DNA of 64,000 bases from a virus (IMGVR_UViG_2898133256_000001:28812-92811); one strand, 5' to 3'. Numbered from the stretch's first letter, positions 10,068 to 19,599 are shown. Notes: a model not told the origin generated them from the letters alone. Numbers and translations are program-made.

Positions 10068-10292
10068 CGCTCAACCTCTCTCGTCCGCCCCGGTAGGCGC
10101 GTCGCACGGGGCCATGAGCTTCCGCTACGAGAGAGAGCCGGTCAATCTGTGCGCACAGTGGCTTGACGTCCGGTTCCGTGACCGCGGGATGGTCAGGCGG
10201 TGGCGGTGCCTGCAACTGGAAGCGAAGGCGTTCGGGGCGTGCCGTCCGGGCCTGGGAGGCCCGGCTCCGCTCGCCCGAGGCGGACGCGTGGG

Positions 10293-10961
10293 TCATTCAA
10301 TGACTGGGAGACCCGTCCGAGCAGGGCGAGGCTCGAGGTCGAACTCGACGTTCGCTCGTGCCTTGCGGGTCGGGCACCGTCCATTGGTCTCGCCCACAGT
10401 CTCCAGGACGAGATGGCCCGCGACGCGCGTGGCGTCGTTCACCCACAGATCCATGGTCCCAGTCACCTCAAGGTGCATGTCGCCTGATTGATACGGGCCC
10501 TCGTAACAGAAGGAGCTGGCGAATGCGGACTGGACGGCTGGGCTGTGTCCCTGGCGAGGCGCGAAGGCGGTCTCGTGTGCGGCCCACCCCTCAGGCGCTT
10601 TTGCCAGTCCATCAATCACGAGGGTTGTGGGTCCTGTTCCGAGCAGCGCCGTGTCGACGTCGATGAGGAAGCAGAGCCCGGTATCGTCGTACATGTTCTT
10701 GCGAGAGCCGTCATCGTCGGCTCCGCAGACTTGGATTCTGCTGGCATTGGGTCGGGCGTCGCGTACAGGTGAAACAGCGGAGCCACCCTGGTTGTCGCTG
10801 AAGTGCCGCCACTCGCCGCCGTACTCCCCATCAATCGTGCCCAGCACTCCGAAGGGCGCGTTGTCTGGGCCGCAGCCCGTGAGCGACAGGAGTGCGAGGG
10901 AGTGGAGCAACGCGAGGTAGGAGGAGGGGACGCGGCTCGACGGCACGGAGGTCTGATTCAT
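10293..10961 (-). CDS. Cargo lipoprotein, Cys-containing
   Basis: Internal ATG 10961; LALLSLTGC lipobox. Confidence 0.6.
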   Translation of the reverse strand: MNQTSVPSSRVPSSYLALLHSLALLSLTGCGPDNAPFGVLGTIDGEYGGEWRHFSDNQGGSAVSPVRDARPNASRIQVCGADDDGSRKNMYDDTGLCFLIDVDTALLGTGPTTLVIDGLAKAPEGWAAHETAFAPRQGHSPAVQSAFASSFCYEGPYQSGDMHLEVTGTMDLWVNDATRVAGHLVLETVGETNGRCPTRKARANVEFDLEPRPARTGLPVIE

Positions 10962-11002
10962 GGAGTCCGCGTGGCTGCATACCACGTGCCCGAAGCGCTC
11001 CG

Positions 11003-11480
11003 TCAGGCTTGCCCGGTGGACGCGAGCAGCAGCGGCACCTGCTCGGGCTCCTTCGGCACGGAGAGGTGCCCGTACTTCTTCGCGAACCACGCCACCCCAG
11101 CGGGCGTCACCAGCGTCTGGGGGCGGGTGTGGGGCTCGTCCTGGCCGGGCTTCTGCCGGCGCAGCACACGCACCTGGTACACGAGACGGCCGTCCCGGAT
11201 GAAGGACGCGAAGGGCACCCACGGACTGTCCTTGTCCTTCTTGAAGCACACCGCGTCCCGCTCCAGCCACTGGAAGAAGTCGCGGATGGGCAGGCGCAGG
11301 TGCCTGGCCGTATCCATGAGACTCATCAGCCGCGTGGTAGAGAGGAAGTCGTCGGCCAGCTTCACCGCGGGCGCCTGGGCCTCGAGCTGGCGCTGCTGCT
11401 CGCCGAACTGGGCGGCCGGCGCTCGTTCTCCTCCGCCATGTCCGCAGTGAGTTGGTCGAGGGCGGACTTCGGCTGGGCGG
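11003..11480 (-). pseudogene. Phage antirepressor KilAC domain, C-terminal fragment
   Basis: APAVKLADDF...DFFQWL...QTLVTPAGVAWF; frameshifted and detached from its N-terminus. Confidence 0.75.
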
Positions 11481-11534
11481 AGGCGTCAATAATCTGGCCT
11501 GGGGGCCGAGCAACCATGGGCGCTGAGGCTGTCA

Positions 11535-11770
11535 GTGCCGAGCAAGGCTGACATCCTCCCGCCGGCGGGGAGGGTGGGGGCGACGTCACCGTCTCGGTGG
11601 TCAACCACTTCGGGCAGGACGGCTCGGTGACGTCGGAGGTGCAGTCGTCAGGCGGGAAGGGGGACGCGGAGAATCTCGCGCGCGGGATGGAGGCCATCGT
11701 CACGCGCGTCATCGTCCGGGAGATGCAGCCCGGGGGATATCTCTACAATTTCAGAGGGCGCAGAGGGTAG
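11535..11770 (+). repeat. Diverged orphan copy of the tape measure 3' end (cf. 9227-9463)
   Basis: Encodes VTVSVVNHFGQDGSVTSEVQSSGG...EMQPGG.YNF, matching the TMP C-terminus; 1-nt deletion near its start. Confidence 0.92.
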
Positions 11771-11849
11771 AGCTGTGCCTGGAGTTGCGGGAAGTCGTAA
11801 AGACTAGGAAGGAACTTGTGCAATCAGTTGAATGGGGTGAGGCAAATGC

Positions 11850-12698
11850 CTACAGGGGCTCAAATGTCGCTGCCAGCGAAGTCGAGAAGACGATGTCGGA
11901 CAAGTCCGCTTTGCCAGTCGCCCCGAGCTGGAAATACAGCTCTCGGGGGGTTGTTGCGTTCGGCTGGCTGTTTTGTGAGCCGAGTCTTACTGGGACAGTG
12001 AGAGTGGCCGATAAGCCACTGCTTTTGTTTAGCTCTTGATGAAGTGCGCTGTCTGCGCCCTTAGAGACCCAGTAGTGATTGTACTGCACTCCTAGATAAA
12101 AGGAGGCTAGCCATACTGCAAGAGTGGCCTCGACTGTTCCGATTGCGAAGCTCGATTTTTCCAGCTTGCCTTGGGTAGATGACTGCTCTGGCTGCACAGT
12201 GTCGGCGGCCTGGTAGCCTCCTTGTCCTGCCACTCGAAAGTCGAGTCCAATCGATCCGTCGTTCGGGTCCGAGTTGACGGCCTCTGGGAACCATGAAAAG
12301 CGTAGTCCAGCGTTTGCATTCCCAACTCCTGCGACCGACCGAATGCGCTTGGCTACTGTTTCAGGAGAGCCGGTATTTGGTTTTGGGTTTATGTCCAGGC
12401 GAAGCTGAAGGAGTAGCGATCTTGGCGAATTGGTATCGCCCATAAGATAGCGCTCGGACTGTGCTTGAACCCGGGGAAGTGGGCTTGCTCCGTCTCCGTC
12501 AAAGTTGAATGTAATGTTGGGAGCGAGGACAAGCGGCTTTAGTTTTCGAACCTCGCCGCGCAGTGGTCCATTGGCAGGATTGATCTCCTGAGGCCTTCGA
12601 AGCGAGATTGCCTGCTGCGCGTAGGAGGAAAATCCGATCGAGAGTAAGCCAGTCATTAGGAGTCGGTGAGTCACATTGATTCGAAATGGACTTGGCAT
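11850..12698 (-). CDS. Secreted / possible outer-membrane beta-rich protein
   Basis: Signal-like N-terminus, alternating amphipathic strands, lower GC; begins 5 nt after the caspase stop. Confidence 0.6.
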   Translation of the reverse strand: MPSPFRINVTHRLLMTGLLSIGFSSYAQQAISLRRPQEINPANGPLRGEVRKLKPLVLAPNITFNFDGDGASPLPRVQAQSERYLMGDTNSPRSLLLQLRLDINPKPNTGSPETVAKRIRSVAGVGNANAGLRFSWFPEAVNSDPNDGSIGLDFRVAGQGGYQAADTVQPEQSSTQGKLEKSSFAIGTVEATLAVWLASFYLGVQYNHYWVSKGADSALHQELNKSSGLSATLTVPVRLGSQNSQPNATTPRELYFQLGATGKADLSDIVFSTSLAATFEPL

Positions 12699-12703
12699 GT
12701 TGA

Positions 12704-13561
12704 CTAGGTCCCGGGCGCGCGTTGGGTGTTGGTGCTGAGTGGTTGAGGTTGGGGTCGTGTTTGAGGCTGTGGCTGAGGTTGAGGTTCAGACTTACGGAAG
12801 GAGAATGAGCCTTCCGTGAGTGAGTGTTGCACCCAGGGGCGTTGCGTCTTTTGGCTGGCTGTGAGGACCAATGTCGTGACTCGCCTGAACATCATGTCAA
12901 TGTCGTCGCCGTCGAATTTGTCGAGAGTTGCCAGTATCGCTGAGGCGAAAGGACTATTGGTGTTTGGCAATCCGTCGGAGGCGGCGTTGCCTGGTTGGGT
13001 GGAGAAGACGATGTATGCCCCGTCCACTCCGGCTTCAGGAACAAAGCCGACTCCTTCGCCTTGGCGGCTCGGGTCCGTGCGGCAAGCATCGAATATCATG
13101 ATGTTGAGGCCGGAGTAGTTTCTTTGGCTGAACTGAGACAAGAGTGACTGCAGGCTTGTTCGGCGGGGCCTGTTCGGGGTGTGATCAATGCCAAGTAAAT
13201 AGTTTATGCCGTTTGACTCGGCTCCATGCCCCGCGTAATGGAATAGTGCTGTGTCGTCGTTGGAGAGTATGTCGACGAAGGTTTCGACGGCGACGCCGAT
13301 GTTGCCGCCGCGAAGGTCTTTGCAGATGGTGACTGCAAAGCCTCGGCGCTCAAGTGCTTCGGCCATTGAGTCGACATCGCGAGCAGGGTTGCTCAAGGCG
13401 GGCAGCGCCGCGTAGTTGGTGTTCCCGATCAAAAGCGCCTTCCGGGGCGAGCTAGTTTTAGAAGGCTTACATCCCGATGGGAATATATTCTTGTCTGTCT
13501 GGGCACTCGCTACGGTTGGGTGCATCCAAAAGAGCAATGCTGCAATGAGCGCGATTCGCAT
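12704..13561 (-). CDS. Caspase-family (peptidase C14) protein with signal peptide
   Basis: KALLIGNTNY, LSNPARD, FHYAGHG (His), IFDACR (Cys), QRPW. Confidence 0.9.
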   Translation of the reverse strand: MRIALIAALLFWMHPTVASAQTDKNIFPSGCKPSKTSSPRKALLIGNTNYAALPALSNPARDVDSMAEALERRGFAVTICKDLRGGNIGVAVETFVDILSNDDTALFHYAGHGAESNGINYLLGIDHTPNRPRRTSLQSLLSQFSQRNYSGLNIMIFDACRTDPSRQGEGVGFVPEAGVDGAYIVFSTQPGNAASDGLPNTNSPFASAILATLDKFDGDDIDMMFRRVTTLVLTASQKTQRPWVQHSLTEGSFSFRKSEPQPQPQPQTRPQPQPLSTNTQRAPGT

Positions 13562-13759
13562 GGTCAGGCCCCCCGGCGTCCTTGCGTGTCGTGGTCACTT
13601 ATATCATAGCGTTGAACTGATGGCATCATGGGTAGATTTTGCCCTGGTTCGAGGTGATCCCATTGTGTCCTGATTGTTGATGTGCAAAGCACTGGTTGTA
13701 GGGAGTCTTGGCTGCGTGGGGCATTCCCTCTCTCTCGGGCTCCAAATGTGCAATGTTTG

Positions 13760-14178
13760 GAGGAGGGTGGACTTCGGCTGGGCGAGCAAGGCGGCCACCG
13801 GGTCGGGCGGCTGGGGCTCCGGGACGACGGAGTATTTCCCCGTCTTCCGGATGGAGGGGACGACGTCGTGGGCCAGCCGGCGCTTGAACTTCTCCGCGCG
13901 CTACACTCGTGAGCCGAAGGTGGCCCGGTACATGCCGGACTCGTTCACCACGGCCATTCGCAGGGTGCCGCCAGGGGTACGCACTTCCGCGTATCCCTTC
14001 TCGTCTGCGGCCAGCGAGCGCGTCATGTCGCTGGCAATGCGGTAACGAGCCGAGGGCCACGGCGATGTCGCCCGCGACGAACCACGGCTCGCCGGACTCG
14101 ACGACGACGCGCACCGGGTGCTGCTCGAAGAGGAATGAGAGCGGCTCGACGGGGGAGGGTGGGTTGCAGACGGGCATG
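13760..14178 (-). pseudogene. Bro-N antirepressor, N-terminal fragment
   Basis: VRVVVESGEPWFVAGDIAVALG / VNESGMY / HDVVPSIRKTGKY, spread over frameshifts and a stop. Confidence 0.8.
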
Positions 14179-14288
14179 GCACCTCCAGGAAAGGCATCCC
14201 CTCCCCGGAGCCGTACACACCGGGAAGGGGGCGGCGCCACACGACTGGGGGGAACGTCGTGGGCGTCTTGTGGTGGGGCCTGGGAGGA

Positions 14289-14317
14289 AGCCTCCTGCAC
14301 CGAGAGGACGGCGTCCG
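14289..14317 (-). promoter_or_regulatory. CGGAC-N3-GTCC / GAnnnT promoter-like motif, copy facing the antirepressor
   Basis: Minus strand CGGACG-N17-GAGGCT. Confidence 0.5.
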
Positions 14318-14478
14318 TTGGACCAAGTTGCTCGGTTGGGGGCTATGCCGACACCAGAACGGAGGTCGTGTCGCGCAGCGATGGCGGCCTGAAGACGCAA
14401 GGGATCGCGTCGGTGCCGAAGCGCGGAAACACCTGATGCGCTAGGCTACCTACGTTGAACAACGGGGGATGTGCCGAG

Positions 14479-14931
14479 ATGGCCTTCGTGGGACACCTGT
14501 TCATCCTTGCCGCTCTTGGCGGGGGCCTTCTGCTGTTCTTGGTCCACCCTCGCTCGGTGACGTTCTTCGGCATAACCCTGTTCGTAGGATTCCTCGGGAG
14601 TTCTGCCGGGCTTGCTGGGACCGTGATGGGGCTGCTGATTGGAGCCGTTCTCGGAGGGGCTGCAGCCGGTGCTGTTCATGGGGGCATCAGCATGATGTCC
14701 GGGATTGCACAAGGCCGTGCGCATCCTGAGAGTCTACAGGCCCTACGCCAACGGCACGAGAGACGCCGCGCGCGTCAGCAACAGCCTTCCCGTGTTGCGC
14801 CCGAGCCGGCGCCTCCAGCCCGCCCTGCTGGTCTGGGCCCCAGTCCGGCGCAGCTCCAGGCATACGCAGAAGAGGAACCGGAGAAGACGGTCGTTTGGCG
14901 ACGGCCAAAGCCCCCTCCTCCGAAGAAGTAG
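14479..14931 (+). CDS. Hypothetical membrane protein
   Basis: Gly-rich hydrophobic N-half, Pro/Arg-rich C-half. Confidence 0.55.
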   Translation: MAFVGHLFILAALGGGLLLFLVHPRSVTFFGITLFVGFLGSSAGLAGTVMGLLIGAVLGGAAAGAVHGGISMMSGIAQGRAHPESLQALRQRHERRRARQQQPSRVAPEPAPPARPAGLGPSPAQLQAYAEEEPEKTVVWRRPKPPPPKK

Positions 14932-15000
14932 GAGGCCAAGACGCTGCGCTCAGAATGCTCCTTTCGGAGGTCGGCACACCTCCTGCTTTTCCCCTGGGCC

Positions 15001-15222
15001 ATGGACGACAGGGCTCGGCGGGAGGCGCTCGTTCAGCGTCTCGGGGAAGTGGAGAGGGAGCTGCAGCGGGCGGTGGCGGAGCGGGACGGGAGTCCGGCTG
15101 CGAGGATGCGGTACGCGCGGGCCCGTGCGGCGCACGAGTGGACGACACGGGAAGCCGTTGCCGTCCTCCGCGCTACCGTGCTGACGGACTCGCCCCATGG
15201 CGCTGAAGGCGGGGTGGGGTAG
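15001..15222 (+). CDS. Small helical protein, paralogue of 31897-32145
   Basis: Shared QRL.E.E...DGSP.A...AR...EA.AVL pattern. Confidence 0.6.
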   Translation: MDDRARREALVQRLGEVERELQRAVAERDGSPAARMRYARARAAHEWTTREAVAVLRATVLTDSPHGAEGGVG

Positions 15223-15231
15223 AAGGCCGCC

Positions 15232-15558
15232 GTGCCACACGATAGAAGCAAGACGCGCCCTGAGCGGCGGAAGGCCCCTGCTGGCTCTACTGTCCGGATT
15301 GACGGCCTCCACGTCTCCCGCGCCGCGTGGGCGCGCGTGGAGGCTCTCGTCGAGCAGATGAACCGGGCCGGTATTCCCCGGGCTCACCGCTCCGGTGCGC
15401 TGGACCTGCTCCTCGTCCACCCGGAGCTGGCCGCCCAGGTCCTCGCGGGTGGATGCACCGTCCACTGGTGCGCCACCTGCGCTGCGTGGCTGCCCGGAGT
15501 CCCGAACGAGGAGCATGCGGGGCATCAGGTTCAGGGCTTCGATGTGCCGTTCAACTAG
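15232..15558 (+). CDS. Hypothetical protein (possible DNA-binding plus Zn site)
   Basis: 108 aa ORF with CxxC...H..H C-terminus. Confidence 0.5.
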   Translation: MPHDRSKTRPERRKAPAGSTVRIDGLHVSRAAWARVEALVEQMNRAGIPRAHRSGALDLLLVHPELAAQVLAGGCTVHWCATCAAWLPGVPNEEHAGHQVQGFDVPFN

Positions 15559-15764
15559 TCATGGGAAATGCCCTCCCATGGCCCAGGTGAACTGGCATCC
15601 GCGACGATTCGTCTGAAGCGGGGCTTGCTCAGGTCGAACTCGATCCAGTCGAACGTTATTGGATTGCTCCAGCGCTCGACTCCACGGAGAAAGCCATCGC
15701 CTGTGTCGGCGGTTGCTGTTTCAAGAAGGATATAGTGATTTGTAATTCCTGTTTTATTGGTCAT
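15555..15764 (-). CDS. Small low-GC hypothetical protein
   Basis: GGAGG RBS; 69 aa. Confidence 0.35.
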   Translation of the reverse strand: MTNKTGITNHYILLETATADTGDGFLRGVERWSNPITFDWIEFDLSKPRFRRIVADASSPGPWEGISHD

Positions 15765-15892
15765 GCACGAGCCCCTCCACTGGGGCTCACCTAGATCTTG
15801 TTAGGAGTCGTTCCGAGGGACCTAAGCGCCTCTGTCTCTTGTTTTTGGCTTGGTCAGATGGGCTGCAACGAGGCCTCGCTTCGAAGTGCTGC

Positions 15893-15921
15893 CGGACCCC
15901 GTCCACCATGCCGGCGACGCT
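15893..15921 (+). promoter_or_regulatory. Promoter-like motif before gpM-like gene
   Basis: CGGACC-N17-GACGCT, 7 nt before ATG 15929. Confidence 0.55.
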
Positions 15922-15928
15922 GTTGGGC

Positions 15929-16516
15929 ATGGAGCGCTTCCCCCACGTGCCGGACTACGGCGCCCAGCAGCAGACTCAGCCGCGTGTCCTGAAGGCTCAG
16001 TTCGGTGACGGCTATGCCCAGCGCTCGGAGGACGGCATGCGTACTGTCCTCCCGCGCTGGGCTCTCCAGTTCAACGCCCGCCGGAAGGTGGATGCCGACG
16101 CCATCGAGGCCTTTCTCCAGGCCCGGAGGGGCGTGGAGCCCTTCGAGTTCGTCGTGCCGTCCAGCGCCTGGGACGTCACCGGCTTCCCGGTGGGCACCGG
16201 GGACGGGGTGCGCACGCAGTACCTCCTCGAGCGGCCCGTGTCTCCGGAGGTGCCCGACGAGCGGGTGCCGGCGACTGGCTGGACGGCACCTCCGCAGGTG
16301 TACCGGAACGGGGTGCTCCTATCCGCGGGCGTGGACTACGTGCTCTCCAGCTCCGGACTTGTCACCTTCGCCGCTGCCCCAGTGCTTGGTGCGGCGCTCA
16401 CCTTCACGGCCAAGGGCGAGCGTGTAGCGCGCGTCGTCTGCGAGAGCTGGTCGTCCACGGCGAAGGGCTTCAACTCGCACGACGTCAGCGCCGAGTTCCA
16501 GGAGGCGGTGGGGTAA
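15929..16516 (+). CDS. Minor tail protein, lambda gpM-like, with inserted DUF2460-like beta domain
   Basis: PRVLKAQFGDGYAQR, IEAFLQARRGVEPF, SAEFQE; insert GTGDGVRTQY...VYRNGV...GLVTFAAAP. Confidence 0.85.
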   Translation: MERFPHVPDYGAQQQTQPRVLKAQFGDGYAQRSEDGMRTVLPRWALQFNARRKVDADAIEAFLQARRGVEPFEFVVPSSAWDVTGFPVGTGDGVRTQYLLERPVSPEVPDERVPATGWTAPPQVYRNGVLLSAGVDYVLSSSGLVTFAAAPVLGAALTFTAKGERVARVVCESWSSTAKGFNSHDVSAEFQEAVG

Positions 16517-16635
16517 GGCGTGTTCTTACCTGGGATCGCTAGCCGCCTCACTATTTCAATGGGTAATGTAAATATATAGCATTTGCCCTCGCCGGGGCGC
16601 GTAGCCACTAAGGGCATCACGGCCACGCGCGTAGC

Positions 16636-17691
16636 TCAGAGTCCAGATTTGAGTGCTTTGGTGGGGGTTGGGCCAAAGGGTTCAAAGTTCATTGTCGACA
16701 TCAGTGTTGCTGCTTTGAGGCGTTTGGCGAACAGGAAGGGCATGAAGGCATCGCTGAAATTTGAGCGACGGGTGACAGGAAACAAGATGCGCCAGTGGGC
16801 GGAACGGCCGTATTCGGTAGGCTCATCGCGCTCGATGAAATCCATTTCGGAAAGGAGTCGCAAGTCTCCTTCTGTGTCTGCCAGTTGGACCTTGCGGTTT
16901 ACGAGGTCGTAGTTCACGCGAGCCGAACGGCCAGGCTCGAGTGTGGCTGATGTCTGGTCTATAAGCCAGCCATAGAGTTCTCTGGTTAGACGAGGCAGGA
17001 AACTTAGCTTTGTAATGAATTCGTCCAGTCTGTCGCGGGCGTCATCCACGCTTGTGAAGAGACTTTCGGTCGTTTCATCACTGAAGAAGATGGTTGCATC
17101 CGATCGGATTACTGTTGGCATGGGTTCGACGAAATCAGCGATTGTGGTCGCGTATCCGCCTCCTGGCAGTCGTGGTTCGAGTTCAATGCGAATTCGAGCC
17201 TGCTCGTTTGCTACCTTTCTATGAACGGACTGAAGCGTTGTAATGTCTAGGCCCAGGATCTCGCGGCCCAGGTCGGTCATGTCGACCACATTTTTGCTTG
17301 TGAAGTTCAGAGCTGAGGCGGCGTCCGGGTCAAGATCGTACTTTGCTTTCTTTTCCCCAATGATGAGCACGAAAACCGTCTTGAACTTGGTGCGCTGCTC
17401 GTCTGTTATCTTCTTTAGTGTGGAGTTGATCTTTGTGGCGTCCGAGCGTGAGGTGATTTGAAATGCTATCTTTTCTGTTTCGTCGCCAAGATCGAGCCCT
17501 GGCTCGTTGCTCCGATCTGCATTTAGGTTCGTGAGATTGATCCCACGAACAAGGTTCAGGACATCTCGGAAGAAGTTCTCAAGTACTCCGTTTAAGTCAG
17601 TTTGACCCAGCGCACACCGCGCTCTGACTTGGCTGGCAATGGCGTCTAGGTCGTCGATGACTTGGCCCACAAAGAAACCCCTGCTTGACAT
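16636..17691 (-). CDS. SMEK-domain protein (candidate anti-phage defence)
   Basis: TDLNGVLENFFRDVLN...NLTNLN...PGLDLGD...AFQITS..KI..TL; lower GC. Confidence 0.8.
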   Translation of the reverse strand: MSSRGFFVGQVIDDLDAIASQVRARCALGQTDLNGVLENFFRDVLNLVRGINLTNLNADRSNEPGLDLGDETEKIAFQITSRSDATKINSTLKKITDEQRTKFKTVFVLIIGEKKAKYDLDPDAASALNFTSKNVVDMTDLGREILGLDITTLQSVHRKVANEQARIRIELEPRLPGGGYATTIADFVEPMPTVIRSDATIFFSDETTESLFTSVDDARDRLDEFITKLSFLPRLTRELYGWLIDQTSATLEPGRSARVNYDLVNRKVQLADTEGDLRLLSEMDFIERDEPTEYGRSAHWRILFPVTRRSNFSDAFMPFLFAKRLKAATLMSTMNFEPFGPTPTKALKSGL

Positions 17692-17939
17692 TGGTCCTCC
17701 AGGCCTGCATGGAATCGCCTACTCTATGATCGTTGCGATGGGACAGTATATGTTCTCTTGGTCTCGGGATGACAAGGTGTCCACCGCTCTTGCGCTACCG
17801 TCATCCGAATGGGTTGGTCCATGTTGATCGAGGTGATCATTCATTGGGCGCCGTTCGCTGGAGATAGCGACGGTTATTCCTAAGTCGAGGCCGCGCGAAT
17901 CTTTCGGGTGATGCGAGTTGGTAGCGAACCGCGCTCCAA

Positions 17940-17968
17940 CGGACGGCGTCCACCGCCCGGGCGAAGAG
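17940..17968 (+). promoter_or_regulatory. Promoter-like motif before gpL-like gene
   Basis: CGGACG-N17-GAAGAG with internal GTCC. Confidence 0.45.
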
Positions 17969-17974
17969 GGAAGG

Positions 17975-18058
17975 ATGGACCACCACGCTCTTGTCGCCGC
18001 GCTTTTCGCTGCTTCTGCCTTCGGCGCCGCTACCGCGCGGGCAAGGGGCGCCTTGTGA
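17975..18058 (+). CDS. 27-aa leader ORF coupled to the gpL-like gene
   Basis: MDHHALVAALFAASAFGAATARARGAL; its TGA overlaps the gpL GTG (GTGA). Confidence 0.4.
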   Translation: MDHHALVAALFAASAFGAATARARGAL

Positions 18059-18750
18059 GCATCGCCGAGGACATCCAGAAGTTGGAGCCAGGCGCCCTGG
18101 TGGAGCTCTTCGTCCTTGACGCGTCGTCCATCCCCGGAGGCGGCATCAGCCACTTCCACGCGGGCACTAACGGTCTGGGCGGGCCCGTGGTGTGGCAGGG
18201 CGCCTCGTACCAGCCCTGGCCCGTGCAGGCCCGCGGCTTCGAGAAGTCGGGCACCGGGCGCTTTCCCCGGCCCACGCTCACCATGGCCAACCTCCAGGGC
18301 ACGCTGGGGGCCCTCGCTCGGGACTGCAACGACCTGCTCGGTGCTCGCGTCATCCGCAAGCGCACCTTCGTCCGCTACCTGGACGCGGTGAACTTCCCCG
18401 GTGGCGTCAACCCCACCGCGAGCCCGTCCGAGGGCTTCCCGGACGACGAGTTCGTCGTGGATGCGAAGACGACGGAGAACAAGCACCTCATCGAGTTCAC
18501 CCTCGCGGCGCGGTGTGACCTGGAGGGTGTCCGCATCCCCCTCCGCGTCATCACCCAGATGTGCGGGTGGCAGTACCGAGGGGAGGGGTGTGGCTATGCT
18601 GGGCCTCCAGTGGCTCGGGCCGATGACTCGCCGACGTCCAGCCACATCGAGGACAGGTGCGGGAAGCGCCTCTCAAGCTGCAAGGCGCGCTTCGGGGCTA
18701 CGGCCGTTCTTCCGTACGGGGGCTTTCCGGGCGTGGGATTGCTCCGGTGA
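18055..18750 (+). CDS. Minor tail protein L (lambda gpL-like)
   Basis: QKLEPGALVELF, PRPTLTMAN, RKRTFVRYLDAVNF, C.W.YRG.GCGY, D.CGKRLSSC..RF, GGFPG. Confidence 0.93.
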   Translation: MSIAEDIQKLEPGALVELFVLDASSIPGGGISHFHAGTNGLGGPVVWQGASYQPWPVQARGFEKSGTGRFPRPTLTMANLQGTLGALARDCNDLLGARVIRKRTFVRYLDAVNFPGGVNPTASPSEGFPDDEFVVDAKTTENKHLIEFTLAARCDLEGVRIPLRVITQMCGWQYRGEGCGYAGPPVARADDSPTSSHIEDRCGKRLSSCKARFGATAVLPYGGFPGVGLLR

Positions 18751-18844
18751 CGACTGCCCATGTCGTTCCAAACTAACGCCGAGCAGATGTACGCTTGGTT
18801 GTTTCGCAATGCGTCGGATCGAAAGCGGCCGCTGTACGCGGACT

Positions 18845-19426
18845 TCAATGTTGACACGGGCCGCCATGCTGAGCGAGCGACTCAGGAGTGGGCGGAGGAC
18901 GGGACTCTATAGGTGTGGAGGGAAGAAGGTTCGCTGGTGTCTTTGGAGATGCTTCTACTGGTGTGTTTAGAGGTGGAATTGGTGGCTTGCCTACACGCCC
19001 GAGCACAACGATTCCAAGCAAGAGGTAGGCAGCGAACAAGAAGTAGATCTTCCCGTGGTAGGGAATTTTGATCAGCAGGCGTGCATTTCCAATTGGGATG
19101 ACCTGCAAGTCCTTCTTTTCTGCTTGGTTTAGGTGATAGCCATAAATCTTGGCAGCAACTACGTACTGAAGAAAATCCAGCGCCAGGGCGACGACGACGA
19201 GAAAACAAGAAAAGAGCAACCCGCCCCGTAGTCCTCCGAGGCTCTGGTCTGCCACGACCCAAATGATTGCGACCGCTCCAAGAGCTAGCGTCCGAACGTT
19301 CTCGCTAGCCCGACCTGTATATGCGTCGTACTCCTTGGCAAGTAGGTCGACATCCATTTCTTCGCTAGCGTGTGGGGTTGCGCTAGTGCTGGGAGTAGAT
19401 GGTTGCCCAGATGAGGGCGTGCTCAT
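18845..19426 (-). CDS. Hypothetical multi-pass membrane protein
   Basis: About 3 hydrophobic segments; TGATG-coupled to the upstream Lys-rich ORF. Confidence 0.7.
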   Translation of the reverse strand: MSTPSSGQPSTPSTSATPHASEEMDVDLLAKEYDAYTGRASENVRTLALGAVAIIWVVADQSLGGLRGGLLFSCFLVVVALALDFLQYVVAAKIYGYHLNQAEKKDLQVIPIGNARLLIKIPYHGKIYFLFAAYLLLGIVVLGRVGKPPIPPLNTPVEASPKTPANLLPSTPIESRPPPTPESLAQHGGPCQH

Positions 19427-19599
19427 CAGGTGCTCCTTCGCGGCAGTTTCTTCTTGGGCCCACCAGTTCGAACCTTGACTTTTTCGGCCGACTTACCGGT
19501 GGTTCTCTTGCCGAGAGCTCTTTTCTTCAGCGCAGGTTTCTTCGAGGTTCCTCTTTTTTTGACTGTCTTCGTAGGTGCTGACTTCTTCTTGGTCGCCAC
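19426..19599 (-). CDS. 57-aa Lys/Arg-rich (histone-tail-like) peptide, absent from the ORF track
   Basis: AAGGAG RBS then GTG; MATKKKSAPTKTVKKRGTSKKPALKKRALGKRTTGKSAEKVKVRTGGPKKKLPRRST; stop overlaps the next ATG. Confidence 0.65.
   Translation of the reverse strand: MATKKKSAPTKTVKKRGTSKKPALKKRALGKRTTGKSAEKVKVRTGGPKKKLPRRST

Noticed and set aside
11535-11770. TMP 3' duplicate as a diversity-generating retroelement TR/VR pair or shufflon
   Set aside because: Differences are not adenine-specific, the copies are direct rather than inverted, and no reverse transcriptase or invertase is in the window
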